Below the pieces are notes generated by a model. The model made no database searches. It was not told the DNA's origin and saw only the letters and a program-made list of their open reading frames with translations. This document shows positions 19,141 to 33,338 of a DNA stretch of 64,000 nt, piece by piece. Source of the DNA: Octopus vulgaris (taxonomy: Eukaryota). The stretch covers positions 42,842,001 through 42,906,000 of the forward strand of contig OX597816.1 in NCBI GenBank assembly GCA_951406725.2, in the 5' to 3' direction. The stretch's first letter is position 1. Every line of letters begins with the position of its first letter. The translations under genes were made by a program, and so were the position numbers.

Positions 19141-22100
19141 CATTCATATATATTATTGCATGAGAGCGTGTGTGCTAGACTTTCAGACTTATTGCTACAG
19201 GTACAGACATTGGTTTCAATACATATTCAACTATTAATGCGAAAGGATATAATTGCACAAATACATCTGCTTTTTGATACGGGCGTATAAGTTTCTATAT
19301 AAAGGAAAGTATATAAACCCACGTGCGTGTGTGCGATTGTGTGAGTGAGATAACTGTGTGTCTGGAAGTATATACACATACAAGTTCTCGAATATATATT
19401 TATGCAGTTCATCGTGTTTCTTCCCTTGCATGTCAAATGAAACACTTTTGTTTCAAATTGTCCTTGTGGTATCTGGGATATTTATACGTATTTCTTGACA
19501 TTGGCTACCGTGGCATATTTATAATGAATGATATCATGTATCATTATGTTACAATGCATAATGCTATTATATATATATATATATATATATATACGAAAAA
19601 GTAGTGCCTGTTTGGATATTTTTATGAATGCGTTTATATGTATATGCCTGTTTAACCAAACCGAATCATCAGGGAACACATAAGTTATCTGTAACTTAAA
19701 GCAATAATCTTCCCTGCTGATCTGTTTTATATGTATATATAACAGCAATAATTATAACGTGAGAGAATAAGGATACTAGAACATCTTCAAATTATATTAT
19801 TTTACAATGTCCTACACCATATTCTTATGGTTACGAAGTCCTACATGTGTTCCAACAGCACAGTACATGTAATTCTTTATTAATTATATGTATTTCTTTA
19901 TTCCGGCAGTACAGTATATGAACACTTGCATATGCAGCCGGGCATACTTTTCAGTACAGCTTCGTTCGTGGTCATTCAACCAGCTTGGGTCTGTGCAGTG
20001 GAAACATGTGTAGGTGTACGTAACCATAAATATATGCTGTATGATATTGTAAAATAAAAGAAAATGATATTTTCTGTCGTTATAATTTTGGTAAATATAC
20101 ACTACAGACAACATTACCATACATTGGATCGAACATACAGTTACCCATCGGAAGAATTTACAGCGTGATTTACAGCTCCTTGCACTCATAGACATTAAAT
20201 ACAAATCGATGCATTCAGCCGTAACCTGGAGCATAACTGAAAGCTACCAGCGATCCACCTGCATAATATATCCCTCTAAACACACCTCTCTCTCTCCCAC
20301 TCTCTGTCTCTCTCTCTCTCTGTATACACACATACACACACACACACACGCGCATTTATATATGGATCGTTAAAGGCATGAAACTAGGTATTAGCCAATT
20401 TCGCTCGATAACTGACGAAATATTAGGGTTCTGGTGTCTGTCCTACGTGTACGCGTTGTGGCATTTAATGCCCCACTGCAAAATAGTTATCGTTCTGTTA
20501 TCTATTTTATTCGAAATGTCTGAACTGCAGTTATGTAAAGGATCGCAATATATCGGAGCTTTTCTGCTCTATACAGGATCAGATTTATGTCATTTGAGAG
20601 TTTCTACAGAGACAGAAAATTTCGAAAGCATCAGGTCAACAATTTGGAAATAAAGAAGGTCACCTGGCAACATATGTTATTATAATTACATAAAACGTTC
20701 CCCGCAAAAAATGGGAAACATTTAATAAATTATCTTATAATATGCCAACAAATTCCGTTTTTGTCTGTTGTCTCACTTATAGCAAATTTAGTCTTGTAAT
20801 AATTGTGGAAGATCTTTCTCAAAACAGCTTACAGAATTAACGACACAAAAGTGTTTGAAATCTGTCGACATCTCTTTGATTACCGGAGTCACTATGGTGA
20901 TATCTCTTGGGAACAGGTTCCTGTGCATACCATCAACAGCTGACAAATGTAGAATATCATTCATCCGCAATTACAAGCTAGGAAGAGACAGTAGTACAGA
21001 ATGATACTAAAAGGCGGTGAAGTAATTTTGGTTGTATTTGATAAAGAATTGCTTCTAGCGGAAGATGTTAGCTGTCAGATTGTAATACATGTGTAACGAT
21101 TTTAAGACGTAATGAAAGGGATAAATCGTATGACTTCGAACTTTCGTTAACAATTTGTGAAAGCAAAGTAGTCATATTATATACTATTATAATGTGTATC
21201 ATCTGACAGTTTTGTATTTTAGTGATTCATATTTCTATTAAAAACAGAATTCTTAAAAGATACTGGTTTGTTCTTATTAGAGAATAACTTAAGTCATAAT
21301 TGAAAGAAGATTTACTACTGTTAGATATTTAACCACAGTAATACCAAAAACAAGATTAGTTCTTGGAAATGAAGCTTCACATATTTCAAACAGACATTTG
21401 TTCAGACGAAACTCTGCTGTAGAAATTGAGTTATGCATTCAGACTCGAAGCGTTTTTCTACGAATCATTAAATCAGAAATTCATTCCGGTGATTAGTTTG
21501 TAACCAAATGTGGAATTGTCAATCGGGAAATTTGTGAGTTCAAATGCTGTTGCCTTCAGTTTTCTAGCCTTCTTAGAATTAACGAACGATTAGCCTTCGT
21601 AAATGACGATTCATCATTCAACAATTTACAAGATTATAATGACGAAAGTACATTTTCAATCACATCTTCATTATTGAATCATGAATTTGCGAGAATAATC
21701 TTTCAAAAATTCTATAAAGACAAGAAATGTTACAACTCTAAAATAAATTTAATAGAAATGAATTTTGAACAACTGCCAGCGAAAGTGTGTTAATACGGCA
21801 CTCATCAAAACAAGACCATTACTATTGGATCATAATGCCTTTGATCTCTTTCGCTAATACAGTGTATATATCTGTCCAATTATCTTTAAGATGTTTCAGA
21901 AAACATCTTTTCAAATAAACGAAAGTAAAATAACTAATCTGCGGTAACCATTGTATTTCCTTTTGTTTTTATTACTGGTAAAAATCATGCCTTTTTCTAT
22001 CCTAAGGTATTGTTTACTTACATAGCAGAAAAAAATTGAAATAAGTCTCAATGTAACTTTAGCTAAATCAGAGAGTAGTTCATTATTATATATCATTTAA

Positions 22101-22591
22101 TGCAGTTCTATATTTAAGAGATGAGGAATTATGTACATTATTTACATTATTTATATTTGACGGATTTTTGTTCTCATGTTGTGATAACAACAAACAAGAT
22201 GAGGACAAATATCAGTCAAATGTAAATAATGTATATATATATTATTTGCTAAACACTTTGATAAGGGGACAGACGATGTATGGGGGAGAAAGAATTAAGT
22301 TGTTTTTTTTTGTTTTTGTTTTTGCTGATGTTTTTCCTAAGTTAGTCGATATGGAAACTCCAAAAACTTTCTGAAAAGTACTAAAGAATACGAAGTTCTT
22401 CATATCGTGCAAAATAATTATTTCCTTTGAGATATTTATAAAAACTGCAGTTATCTCATTTGAAAAAGTATTTCAGTCTCACCGAGTCAATAATAGTACT
22501 AAGAAGCGTTATCACTTTGTCATTCTAGGTTACCCATCCTTTCTTAATCAACTTTGATAACAGTTTTGAAGGCTCTGACAGGGGAGTCAGA

Positions 22592-22840
22592 TTTTAATTA
22601 CCCAACCGATAAAACCTGAGTGCAAAAACATAAAAAAAGGCAATATATATTTTAATATATATTTCAATTATATATTATATATATGTTGTATATATATGTT
22701 ATATATATTATTTATATATATATATTATATATATATATATATTATATATATATATTATATATTATATATATTTTAATATATATTTTAATTACCTAACCGA
22801 TAAAAACTGAGTGCAAAAACATAAAATAAGGCAATATATA
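22592..22840. repeat. ~58-bp direct repeat separated by a degenerate TA tract
   Basis: ttttaattacc(c/t)aaccgataaaa(c/a)ctgagtgcaaaaacataaaa(a/t)aaggcaatatata at 22592 and 22783. Confidence 0.85.
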
Positions 22841-23104
22841 TTTTGGTATATTTTTAGCTGATAGTTTAGTTTAGCAGATATGACAATATCTTGTGAAGAT
22901 AACCAATTAATTGCTTCAATATTTCTCCAAGCTGATAAGGCATTTGATCTCATCATAATCACATATAAGATAGAATAATCCAATGTGTAACTAATGAAAA
23001 GTAAGCAAATCCATCCAACCTGCCGATATTCTTTCAACAAATTCCAATAATCGGAGTATTAGAATTAATCTAAATACTTCTCTGGTTGACGATATTGTAG
23101 GTTA

Positions 23105-23330
23105 TCTAAAGCACGTAATAGCCTTTGTAAGTTGCAGCATCAATTCTTGAACGAAAGACTACTTACTCCAGAAATATGGGTATTTCCTACCTTAGTTTAT
23201 GCACCTGAGAACTGGACGCCTCTTAAGTCACATTTATAACAGATAGTTTATTCACACATTACTAGCGCAACATATATAGACACACGTGGAAGGATAGAGC
23301 ATGTAATGTTGATCTGGTCAAGAATTATGA
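23105..23330 (+). pseudogene. highly degenerate RTE-like LINE fragment
   Basis: WVFPTLVYAPENWT resembles the RTE motif VLPTLLYGxETWT. Confidence 0.45.
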
Positions 23331-23640
23331 TATTTCAGGAATTCAAGTTTTATTACCTAGTTTCAATTTGGGTTCATATAAGTTATATGATTTATATGCT
23401 CAAGATACATATAATTTATGAGATATATTTTCGTAAAACTTTTGATCACTGGAGGCGGGGAATTCATCAATGTATATAAGCATCAAAGATTCAAAGTTAA
23501 CTATAAAGATATTGTGTTGCCTTTCTTAGTTTAACAGTTCTATAATGGTTCGAGATAAATCATCTTTACAAATAAAAGAAAGAAATTGATCTACACCCCG
23601 AACGCATTCTTATGAGGAAGCTATCTCTGTGCGAGATGGA

Positions 23641-24006
23641 TTACTCTTTTACTCTTTTGTTTGTTTCAGTCATTTGACTGCGGCCATAATGGAGCACTGC
23701 CTTTATTCGAGCAAATCGACCCCAGGACTTATTCTTTGTAAGCCTAGTACTTATTCTATCGGTCTCTTTTGGCGAACCGCTAAGTGACGGGGACGTAAAC
23801 ACACTAGCATCGGTTGTCAAGCAATGTTTGGGGGACAAACAAAGACATACAAACACACACACACATATACATACATATACATATATACGACGGGCTTCTT
23901 TCAGGCTATAGTAGAAGACACTAGACCAAAGTGCCACGCTGTGGGACTGAACTCGGAACCATGTGGTTGGTAAGCCAGCTACTTACCACACAGCCACTCC
24001 TGCGCT
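23641..24006 (-). mobile_element. SINE family 1, near full length with an internal deletion
   Basis: Head gcgcaggagtggctgtgtggtaagtagc; tail (AAAAGAGT)n. Confidence 0.9.
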
Positions 24007-25046
24007 TAAAACATGGAACCTATTAGGTGATAAAAAAAATGTTCTGAATGTTCATGTTATTAGTCATGATCTTTAGTCATCTTTCTAAGAGTAATCCGCT
24101 TCTGGGTGGGTGATAGAATGTGAGTGACGTCTGTGGTTTTTGTAGGCATACGAAAAAGCTATACTTTCAGGAAAGAAACAGAGTTATTGTTTACGAGGCA
24201 AGGTCTTAAATGCATTTTTGCCTGATCAAATAAAAACTTCCCTGGAGTGTTTCCAATGAGCAGTTCAAATGCGTACGCCAGAGCAAAAAAAACACACAAT
24301 TATATGCGCCATTTGGGGATTAGTAATATGAACTTGTTCAACTATGGGAATTATGTTTGATTGCGGTGAGTACAGCAATGTTATAGGTACTATTAGTTCT
24401 GGTAGTACTAGTAATTTCAAACTGTCATAAATAAAAACATCTCCGAAAAAAACTGGTCGACAAAACAAATTGATTGTTTCTGATGAGATAAATGAACAGT
24501 GTATGATGTAGTCTGCTTGTTAGAAATTCCATGTGAGAAAAAAATGGTTGGTTGTATAGGAATTTCAGGAAAATTTTCCGCTGTGTCCCGAAGGTAAAAA
24601 CGACTTCACGTATTTCAAAGCAAATGTTCTCAATCAAAATATTCCCTCAGAGGAATGGGAGATCAGCTTTTTCAGCTTTTGTTTTGGTTTTGTTTTCAAA
24701 GTTCATTACACTATTACAGAAATAGTTCAAACGATTTTTAGAAGGACATAACTGTTCAAGGACACTCAAAATCTCCTTAATGTTTGCACCAAGCAATAGA
24801 AATTTTGAACGATAGTATTCAATAATAGCTTCCATTAATAATAATAATGTTGTTATTCAGGAGCATCTGGTGGTGCAGATGTATTTCATTGGGTGATAAA
24901 TAAATACAAATTGGGAAAATTTAACTTACTGTCTTGTAACTTTCTATTTCGAAGAGAGAAAAGCAGCCAGACGGAGGAAATATCTTCATTTATATAGAAG
25001 ATCAAAAACAAAATTACAGATGACAAAAAAAGAAGCGAACACCCAA

Positions 25047-25078
<32 letters not shown>

Positions 25079-26710
25079 CTAGCAGTATCGCTCGGCGTTG
25101 CTCGGGTTTGTAAGGGAAATAACTATATAAGCATTTTTAGAGAGTTATAGCAAAAAAATAGCAAAAAAATGCATTAAAAATGGAATAAAAAATTATGGTA
25201 ATTTTTTTTTAAATCGTTGACTCATCGTAAACATTTTTAGAGAGTTACTTCCCTTATATAATAGCGAAAACATGCATTAAAATGGAAAAAATGATGGTAA
25301 GTTTTTTTTTTAAATCGTAGAATCATCGTAGACGCGCGCTAATACCCAGAAGGGCTCGATATGAATCACGACTATAAGATACCCGAATTTGGTTAAACTG
25401 CACCGCAAAATGTGGGGGTAGTTAGGAATCTAAATCGGAGTAGACAGACACACAACCTTACTTTTATATATAAAGATTTGTGCAACAACTAAAACATTCG
25501 GTTGTGCAAATTGTTTGCACAGGAAACCTGCCCTGTGTGGCGGTTTTTGCCGTTTTTGTGGATCTGTTTCAGCTTTTTTAGCGATTTCTGTTTTGGCGAC
25601 TTAAAGCCATGAAGTCGCTGTTCTAAAAGAACGGTGGTCTCCTTGACAACGCTTTACGACGTTGATTTCCCTACCCTGCCTTCCCCACAGCTTCACGAGG
25701 GAGGGAAGAAGGGGGGAGCTACACAGGTGCAGGTGCGAGCATGAACGCCAACGCCGCCACCGACAAACGAAAAAAATTGAAGAACCCAGACTCCAGCTTC
25801 AGCCACCACCACCACCACCACTACGACCAACACCATCATCACTACCACCATGACCAGCACCACAACTACGCCCATGACCATCACCACCACCATCACGAAG
25901 ACCACCACGACGACCACCACCACCATCATCATCACAACGACCACCACCCCCACCATCAACACCACCCCCACCACCAACAACAACAACACCACCACCACTA
26001 CCACCACAAACACGACGACCACCACGACCACGACCACTATCACCACTACCAGCACCACCGCCACAATCGCTGCCACTACCACCGCCTCCACCACCACCAT
26101 ACTATGCCTCTGCTCTCTCCTTTTGGCTACTAAATCCATTACCATATTTCACAAGTACCATCGCCATACAATATTGCCTTCAAGAGTTTGTGTTTGGATA
26201 GTATTTTTTCAGTAAAAGTTGTGCAACAACTATAACATTCGGTTGTGCAAATTATTTGCACGGGAAACCTTCCCTGCGTGGCGTGTTTCCCGATTTTGTA
26301 GAATTTGCTTTCGAGCTTTCTTAGCCATTTCTGTTTTGGTGTCTTCAAGCAATGAAGTCGTTGTTCTAAAAGAACGCTGGTATCCCTGACAACGCTTTAC
26401 GACGTTAATTTCCTTACACTCCCTTCCCCACAGCTTCACGAGGGAGGGAAGAAGGGGGAGAAGCAACACAGGTGCAGGTGTGAGCCCTTTATTAAAAAAA
26501 TATGCGTTAAAATGGAAAAAAATTATGGTAAATTATTTTTAAAATCGTAGACTTATCGTAGACGTGCGCTAATACTCAGACGGGCTCGATATGAATCACG
26601 ACTATAAGATACCCGAATTTGGTTAAACTGCACCTCAAAATGTGGGAGTAGTTAGGAATCTAAATCGTAGGAGACAGACACTCACACGACTTCACTTTTA
26701 TATATATAGA
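25079..26710 (-). mobile_element. composite non-autonomous Helitron
   Basis: Minus-strand 5' a|TCTATATATATAAAAG at 26710 and a second similar 5' end at 25476. 3' GC hairpin (cccgagcaacgccgag) followed by CTAG|t at 25082-25079. Duplicated internal blocks 25477-25740/26219-26485 and 25260-25475/26490-26710. Confidence 0.7.
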
Positions 26711-26747
26711 TATATATATATATATTTATGTATGTATATATATATAC

Positions 26748-26785
<38 letters not shown>

Positions 26786-27026
26786 ATTGTTTCACGTGTT
26801 TCAGTCATTTGACTGCGGCCATGCTGGTACACCGCCTTTAGTCGAATAAATTGACTCCACGATTTATACTTTGTAAGCCTAGTACTTATTTTATCGGTCA
26901 CTTTTGCCGAACCGCTATATTATGGGGACGTAAACACACCCGCATTGGTTGTCAAGCGATGTTGTGGGGGACAAAAACAGACACACAAACATATACACAC
27001 ATATACATACATACGTACATACATAC

Positions 27027-27060
<34 letters not shown>

Positions 27061-27194
27061 ATGTATATATATATAATTATCAATAATATAGGGTGAAATT
27101 AATTAATTTAGAAATAATCATTAATTTTACCAAGTAGAGTTCGGCATGTAAAGGACCCATTCAAGGTAGGTTTAAGTAATACTAATTAATTAAG

Positions 27195-27366
27195 GGTTCA
27201 GCAACGTTTTGCCTCACCACACACCGAATTTAGAAATAGCAGTCAAAAAGTTTTGGCTATTCTATCTACTTAAAAGGGGGATCCCCCTTTTAAGTAGAAA
27301 GAATAGCCAAAACTTTTTGACTGCTATTTCTAAATTCGGTGTGTGGTGAGGCAAATCGTTGCTGAA

Positions 27367-27368
<2 letters not shown>
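27195..27368. repeat. 174-bp near-perfect loopless palindrome (family D fold-back)
   Basis: 87-bp arms centred on aaaaggggga|tccccctttt, with 2 visible mismatches. Confidence 0.95.
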
Positions 27369-27440
<72 letters not shown>

Positions 27441-27505
27441 CGTATATATATATACGACGGGCTTCTTTCAAGTTCCATGTACCCAATCCACTCAGAAGGC
27501 TGTGG

Positions 27506-27960
27506 TCTTCTTCTTCTTCCAATCAGGACTCACGTCATTAGCCGCAAAGAAGAATCTCTAGTTCCAGCTTACTCTAAGCTACTAACAATGCATGTGGCAA
27601 CTTGAAGATCCACCCACCACACGTGATAGCCTGGCGGTTGCACGGGAGCGAGAGCCACGTTGTTATCCTGATTCCGTAAACGGTGACTTTTACCGGGTGC
27701 GGAACCATCCTGGGTACAGTGGATTCACAATCTAGACTAGGGTTTGAACGTTTACCACTCCATGGTGGGTTACCCCATGGTTCCTCTGCTTTGTGGCAGA
27801 AGTAGGAAGAAAGAGCGAGAGAAAGTTGTGGTGAAAGAGTACAGCGCCGGAGCCGCGTGGAGCTTAGGTATTTTTGCTCAATAAACACTCACAATGCCCG
27901 GTCTGTGAATCGAAACCGCTATCTTACGACCGCGAGTCCGCTGCCCTAACCACCACTGGA
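27506..27960 (-). mobile_element. tRNA-derived SINE family 3 with a (GAA)n tail
   Basis: Head gtggttagggcagcggactcgcggtcg...gtttcgattc, shared with 61712-62002. Confidence 0.8.
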
Positions 27961-27999
27961 CAATCAAGGCTGCGGTTGGCTACAGTAGAAGACACTTGC

Positions 28000-28050
<51 letters not shown>

Positions 28051-28101
28051 ATATATGTGTATATATGTGTATATATATATATATATAAACATATATATAT
28101 T

Positions 28102-28238
28102 AGGTTGTCCCAAAAGTTCGTAAACACTTGCGAAATTTGAATTTTTACTCGCCAAGTACTAACAAAAACAACAAAAATTATTCCTCAAAATAAAGACCAT
28201 TATTTACCAAGACTTTCTACGAACTTTTGGGACAACCT
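28102..28238. mobile_element. mariner-type MITE
   Basis: 21-bp perfect TIRs aggttgtcccaaaagttcgta / tacgaacttttgggacaacct, in TA context. Confidence 0.88.
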
Positions 28239-28247
28239 TATATATAC

Positions 28248-28336
<89 letters not shown>

Positions 28337-28744
28337 TAGTGTGTCATTAAATTGAGCAAACCATAAGGGTCTCACCAAAAGTCATTGTCATCTGGCAAAA
28401 TTTCCAAAAGAAAGTCTTTCTTTTCGCCATCCTGTATAAAATATTCAAGATAGCGTGCTCTTCATTGCCAAATGGAGAAGAGAGTATTGTGCGAGGTAGT
28501 ACTGAAGGCTAAATTGGTTTTCACACTCAGTCTCCAACAAACATAGAAGGATGTAGTAGCAGCAGGAACAGCAACAACATCACCAACGACAATACAGACA
28601 AAATCATAAAAAAGTTAGAAGTGAAAATAACAACACGAGCACCGCCACCACCATCGGAAAAGCCATACAAAGCAATAAAAATGAACAAGAAAATATAGAG
28701 AAAGAAAACAGAATTTTTACACATACAGGACGTGCAAATTCAAC

Positions 28745-28843
28745 AACCAACCGCCACCGCCACCGCCGCCACCACCACTGCCACCACCGCCAACACCGCC
28801 ACCACCACAACCGCCACCGCCACCACCGCCACCGCCGCCACCA

Positions 28844-28878
<35 letters not shown>

Positions 28879-29373
28879 ACCACCACCACCGCCACCACCA
28901 CCGCCACCACCACCACCACCACCGCCGCCGCCACCACCACCACCACCACCACCGCCGCCACCACCACCACCACCGCCACCGCCGCCACCACCACCACCAC
29001 CGCCGCCACCACCACCACCACCACCGCCGCCGCCACCACCACCACCACCGCCGCCACCACCACCACCACCGCCACCACCACCACCACAACCGCCACCGCC
29101 ACCACCGCCACCGCGACCACCACCACCACCGCCACCACCACCACCACCACCACCGCCGCCACCACCACCACCACCACCACCACCACCACCACCACCGCCA
29201 CCACCACCACCACAACCGCCACCACCACCGCCACCGCCACCACCACCACCACCGCCGCCGCCACCGCCACCACCACCACCGCCGCCGCCGCCACCACCGC
29301 CGCCGCCACCACCGCCGCCGCCGCCACCACCACCACCACCACCACCACCACCACCACCACCACCACCACCACC
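28745..29373. repeat. ~630-bp interrupted (CCA/CCG)n trinucleotide array
   Basis: Directly visible. It produces the poly-G/T/W/V ORF artefacts. Confidence 0.97.
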
Positions 29374-29606
29374 GTCGTCGTCGTCGTCGTTGTTGTTGTT
29401 GCTGCTACTGCTCATGTTGAAAAGGCAGAGTCTTTTGGGTACTGGGCAACATAATCGCTGAAAATGGCAGAAATAACAAATCTCTCCACAACGGGTTCGT
29501 ATCTGCAGCGAAGCAAATACAAGAAAATATGAATTTTTCGATAGACGCTATATGAAACGCAAAATCTTTATTAAAGAAAAATGGATGAAGCACCAGCAGT
29601 ATTAGT

Positions 29607-30030
29607 ATTATTACCTCCACCTTAGCGAATGTGGAGGTATTCTTTTTAAGTCGTGTTTGTTTCTTTGTTTGTCCGTGGACAAGATATCTCAAGAACCACT
29701 GGATGGATTCGGATGAAACTTTCAGGGATGTCTGGCCTCAAGACCTGCACAAACTGTTTACATTCTCGGATCGATCCGGCAGCGGACAAGGATTCCGCAT
29801 TATTTGTTATATTTTTTTTACTTTACATCATTGCAATCTTACGTAAACTTTCAAATCATTTTTCATTTATCTCCCTGTAGCTATTTTGAATGGTGAATTT
29901 GTTAAATTTGGCTTGTATTAGATAAGGATAAACTACTTATTAGCGTTACTAGATTTTGTACAGTCACTTTCACATTCAATGACTATCATTGGGATTGATC
30001 AGATACCGGACAAGGATTGTGGATTATTTT
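29607..30030 (+). mobile_element. DINE-1/HINE-like (Helentron-associated) non-autonomous element
   Basis: ttattacctccac...gtggaggta subterminal inverted repeat, then a (GTTT) microsatellite and a gaaccactggatggattcggatgaaactt core. Confidence 0.6.
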
Positions 30031-30240
30031 TCCGGGTTTCTTTTTCAATTAATTAACACGCCGGGCAAAATTCTTAGTAGCAGTTCGTCCGTCTTTATGC
30101 CCTGAGTGAAATTCCTTGTCTTTCATTTATTTCGGATCGATAAAATCAGTACCAGTTGTGCACTGGGGTTGATGTGATCGGCTTGCATCCTCACCTGATC
30201 TTGCTGGCAATGTTCAAAAATTTGAATTACTACCACCACC

Positions 30241-30290
<50 letters not shown>

Positions 30291-31771
30291 CACTACCACC
30301 ACCACTACCACCACCACCACCACCATTGTCGTTGTTGCTGCTACTGCTCATGTTAAGAGGCAGAGTCTTTTGGGTACTGGGCAAGTTACCAAACAGCTGT
30401 TCTCATTCTGAATTCAAATCTCGATAAAGTCAGCTGTTCTTTTCGTCCCTCCAGGGTCGATAAAATACTAGCGAACTACTGGATATCGATAATATCGATT
30501 AAAATCTTCTCAAATATACTGATCTTAAGTTAAATTCGAAGCAATTCTTTATTGATGTTTATGTTGATATGATAATTATTGTTGTCAGCTTCAGTTGATT
30601 ATTTAAAATCCCATAGTATTCGACTTTGAATTTTACCATCTTTCTCCAGAATATTAATTGAAGTCTGTAGTTTGTACTAAAGTGCTGTGTTTTCTACAAA
30701 ACTTTTGTCAAAGTTTCAGTTTTAAAATCCATACGTCTGATTTATTTAATATTTACAAAATAATATGAACTGCAGTGTAATATATTTTTTGACAACATCG
30801 CAAAATAATTCGAGGTCTGACTCTCTGATTACGTTTGTCGTTAGTTGACTTATTTTTCTGGCTAGCTGGTTATTTAGATGGTTGCCTTGTTGGTTAGTTG
30901 GTTGATTGAATGGATTTTGTATATCTTATTATCATTGTATTTTAGTAATTGATGGGTTTTGCTGAAGCTGTATTTGTAGCAGCTGTCGTATGATAAATGG
31001 GTTTAATTGTAAAGATCTTTTGACTATCAAGTGGATAATAGTAAGATGTATGAAATACGAAGAAGAATATATTGGATAAGGAATGAATAAAATTCGAAGA
31101 AATGGAATGTCAATTACTCTCACCTATATCTAAGCTTACAAACAAATACGCACACATGCGCCCACCTCTCAATATGTACTTATGCACGTATTTGTTTATA
31201 TATACTTATAGACAAGTATATTCTCAGAAGTTTAGTGAAGAAAAACGTCCAAGATATTTATTTGTTATATGTGACACTTATTTTATCGTTTTTTTGCAGA
31301 ACTTTTAAGTTACGGATAGCTAAATAAACCAACTGCGGTTGTCAGTTACTGGAAACAAGCGGGAAGACGCATACTTATTACGACGAATACATATCAAGAC
31401 ACTCGCACTGTATTGGTGGTGTCAGGAGATGTAGCAAAAGACATTTGGTCAACTTATGACGCAGAACAACTGAACACGAAAGTAGGCACTTGCAAAACCA
31501 GCCGGCTATGCCTATATGCGGTTTGACTGGCTGGCTGGCTGGGTGCAACTTCGTTCGTTTCGAGTATAATAAGTTACTTATATTGAATACATATATTTAT
31601 CATGATAAATAATAAGTAAAAATATGGAGGTTGAAGGACGGCGGAACAATTGTAGGTTTTACTTGACGAACGGGGCAGTACAATGCATCAAACATCTATT
31701 TTGATTTCCGAGTGACGAGTCTATTAAAGTTAAGGGAAATTTGCCTCAGACACATGTTGTAGATACATGCA

Positions 31772-31818
<47 letters not shown>

Positions 31819-31854
31819 TACATACTCGAAGAAACGTTAGCATGGTGGGCGAAA

Positions 31855-31891
<37 letters not shown>

Positions 31892-31898
31892 GTATATT

Positions 31899-32272
31899 TA
31901 AGTTAAGTAAAAATTTAGATTCAGTTTAATATGGTACTTATGTTAGAGGCACCAGAATTTAGTATGGTATTATCCATATATTTCAAAATGGGGTGACAAA
32001 AATCAAAATAAGCAACTAGGATATCCGGAGGTAATGCAATACGGTCGTTTCATGCGTCTCCAATTAATTCAACAATGCAAACATTACATGAATTTAAAAT
32101 GTAGAGCAATCTTCAGCTGCACAAGAAAACACAATTTAATTAAATGCTACACATTAGTATAATTTTATAGTATCATTTTAAATTGATGTAATGTTTGCAT
32201 TGTTCAATTAAATGGAGTCGCATGAAACGATCGTACTGCACTACCTCTGGTTATCCTTGTTGCTTATTTTGA
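31899..32272 (-). mobile_element. HHR-bearing element family C with an inverted partial copy (32174-32272)
   Basis: Homologous to 55895-56072. Internal inverted repeat 32003-32100 / 32174-32272; TA flanks. Confidence 0.8.
32035..32121 (-). ncRNA. type-I hammerhead ribozyme with a long stem II
   Basis: UGCAG-CUGAAGA-uUGCUCU...AGAcGCAu-GAAAC-GACC-GUA-UUGCA. The sister copies have the palindromic GAAAC-GAUC-GUA-CUGCA. Confidence 0.75.
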
Positions 32273-32396
<124 letters not shown>

Positions 32397-33109
32397 GTAT
32401 ACATACATACATACCTATGTATATACTTGTGTGTGTGTGTTCATGTATACCGATGTGAGGGACGTGGCATAGTGGATATGGTGTTCTACGCATGGTCATA
32501 AGATAGTGCTTTTGCTTCCTACATTGTGATGCGTTCTTCTTGAGCAAAACACTCCATTTCACGTTGATCCAGATCACACAGACATATCCCATTCATCTTG
32601 GGATATGTACGCCACAGAACCTTGGTATCCTTATGAGCCAATATTAATTCAACATTTTGAATGTATGTGTGTAGAAATTCATTTATGGATACATTGTGTT
32701 AAAAGAGCACAATACTTTACAAAGCTAGACGAAACAAAACAGGTCCGGAAGAGGCTACCTATGGGACAGATACATATTTTGTAGTTCTTCCTGCTTACCA
32801 ATGTCACATATTCGCCTCACCTCTGAAATAGAATTGAATCAGCTATTCCAAATATATACAAGTAGTGCATGTGTGTGCGGGTATATACACATATATATAT
32901 ACATACATATAATATATATGTATATAGTATATTTAGAAAAAGCGGGATGAAAATTTTTTGTCGTAATAGCCTTCTAGCAATTCAATCTTCAGATTCACTG
33001 CTACACTCCGCTTGTAAAATTTAAAGAAACATGTGCTCTATAAAACAGGATTGACTCTATGCTCAGTTTAGCGTTAATTTATTTCTATCATGACTTGGTG
33101 GAAAATGAA

Positions 33110-33165
<56 letters not shown>

Positions 33166-33282
33166 TGTGTGTGTGTGTGTACATGTATATATACGCACCT
33201 TAAACACAAACCCACTCGCACACACACACATACATTTATATATATAAGTGTGTCTGTGTGTGTTTATATAATAATGTCTGTG

Positions 33283-33338
<56 letters not shown>

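Larger units (their letters stand above)
26787..28000 (-). mobile_element. SINE family 1 copy split by nested insertions
   Basis: Tail at 26787-27000, middle piece at 27455-27505, resumption at ~27972-28000. Confidence 0.7.

Noticed and set aside
25693-26215. His-rich, Thr-rich and Val-rich ORFs
   Set aside because: Degenerate CAC repeat that is open in several frames on both strands, inside a Helitron-like element.
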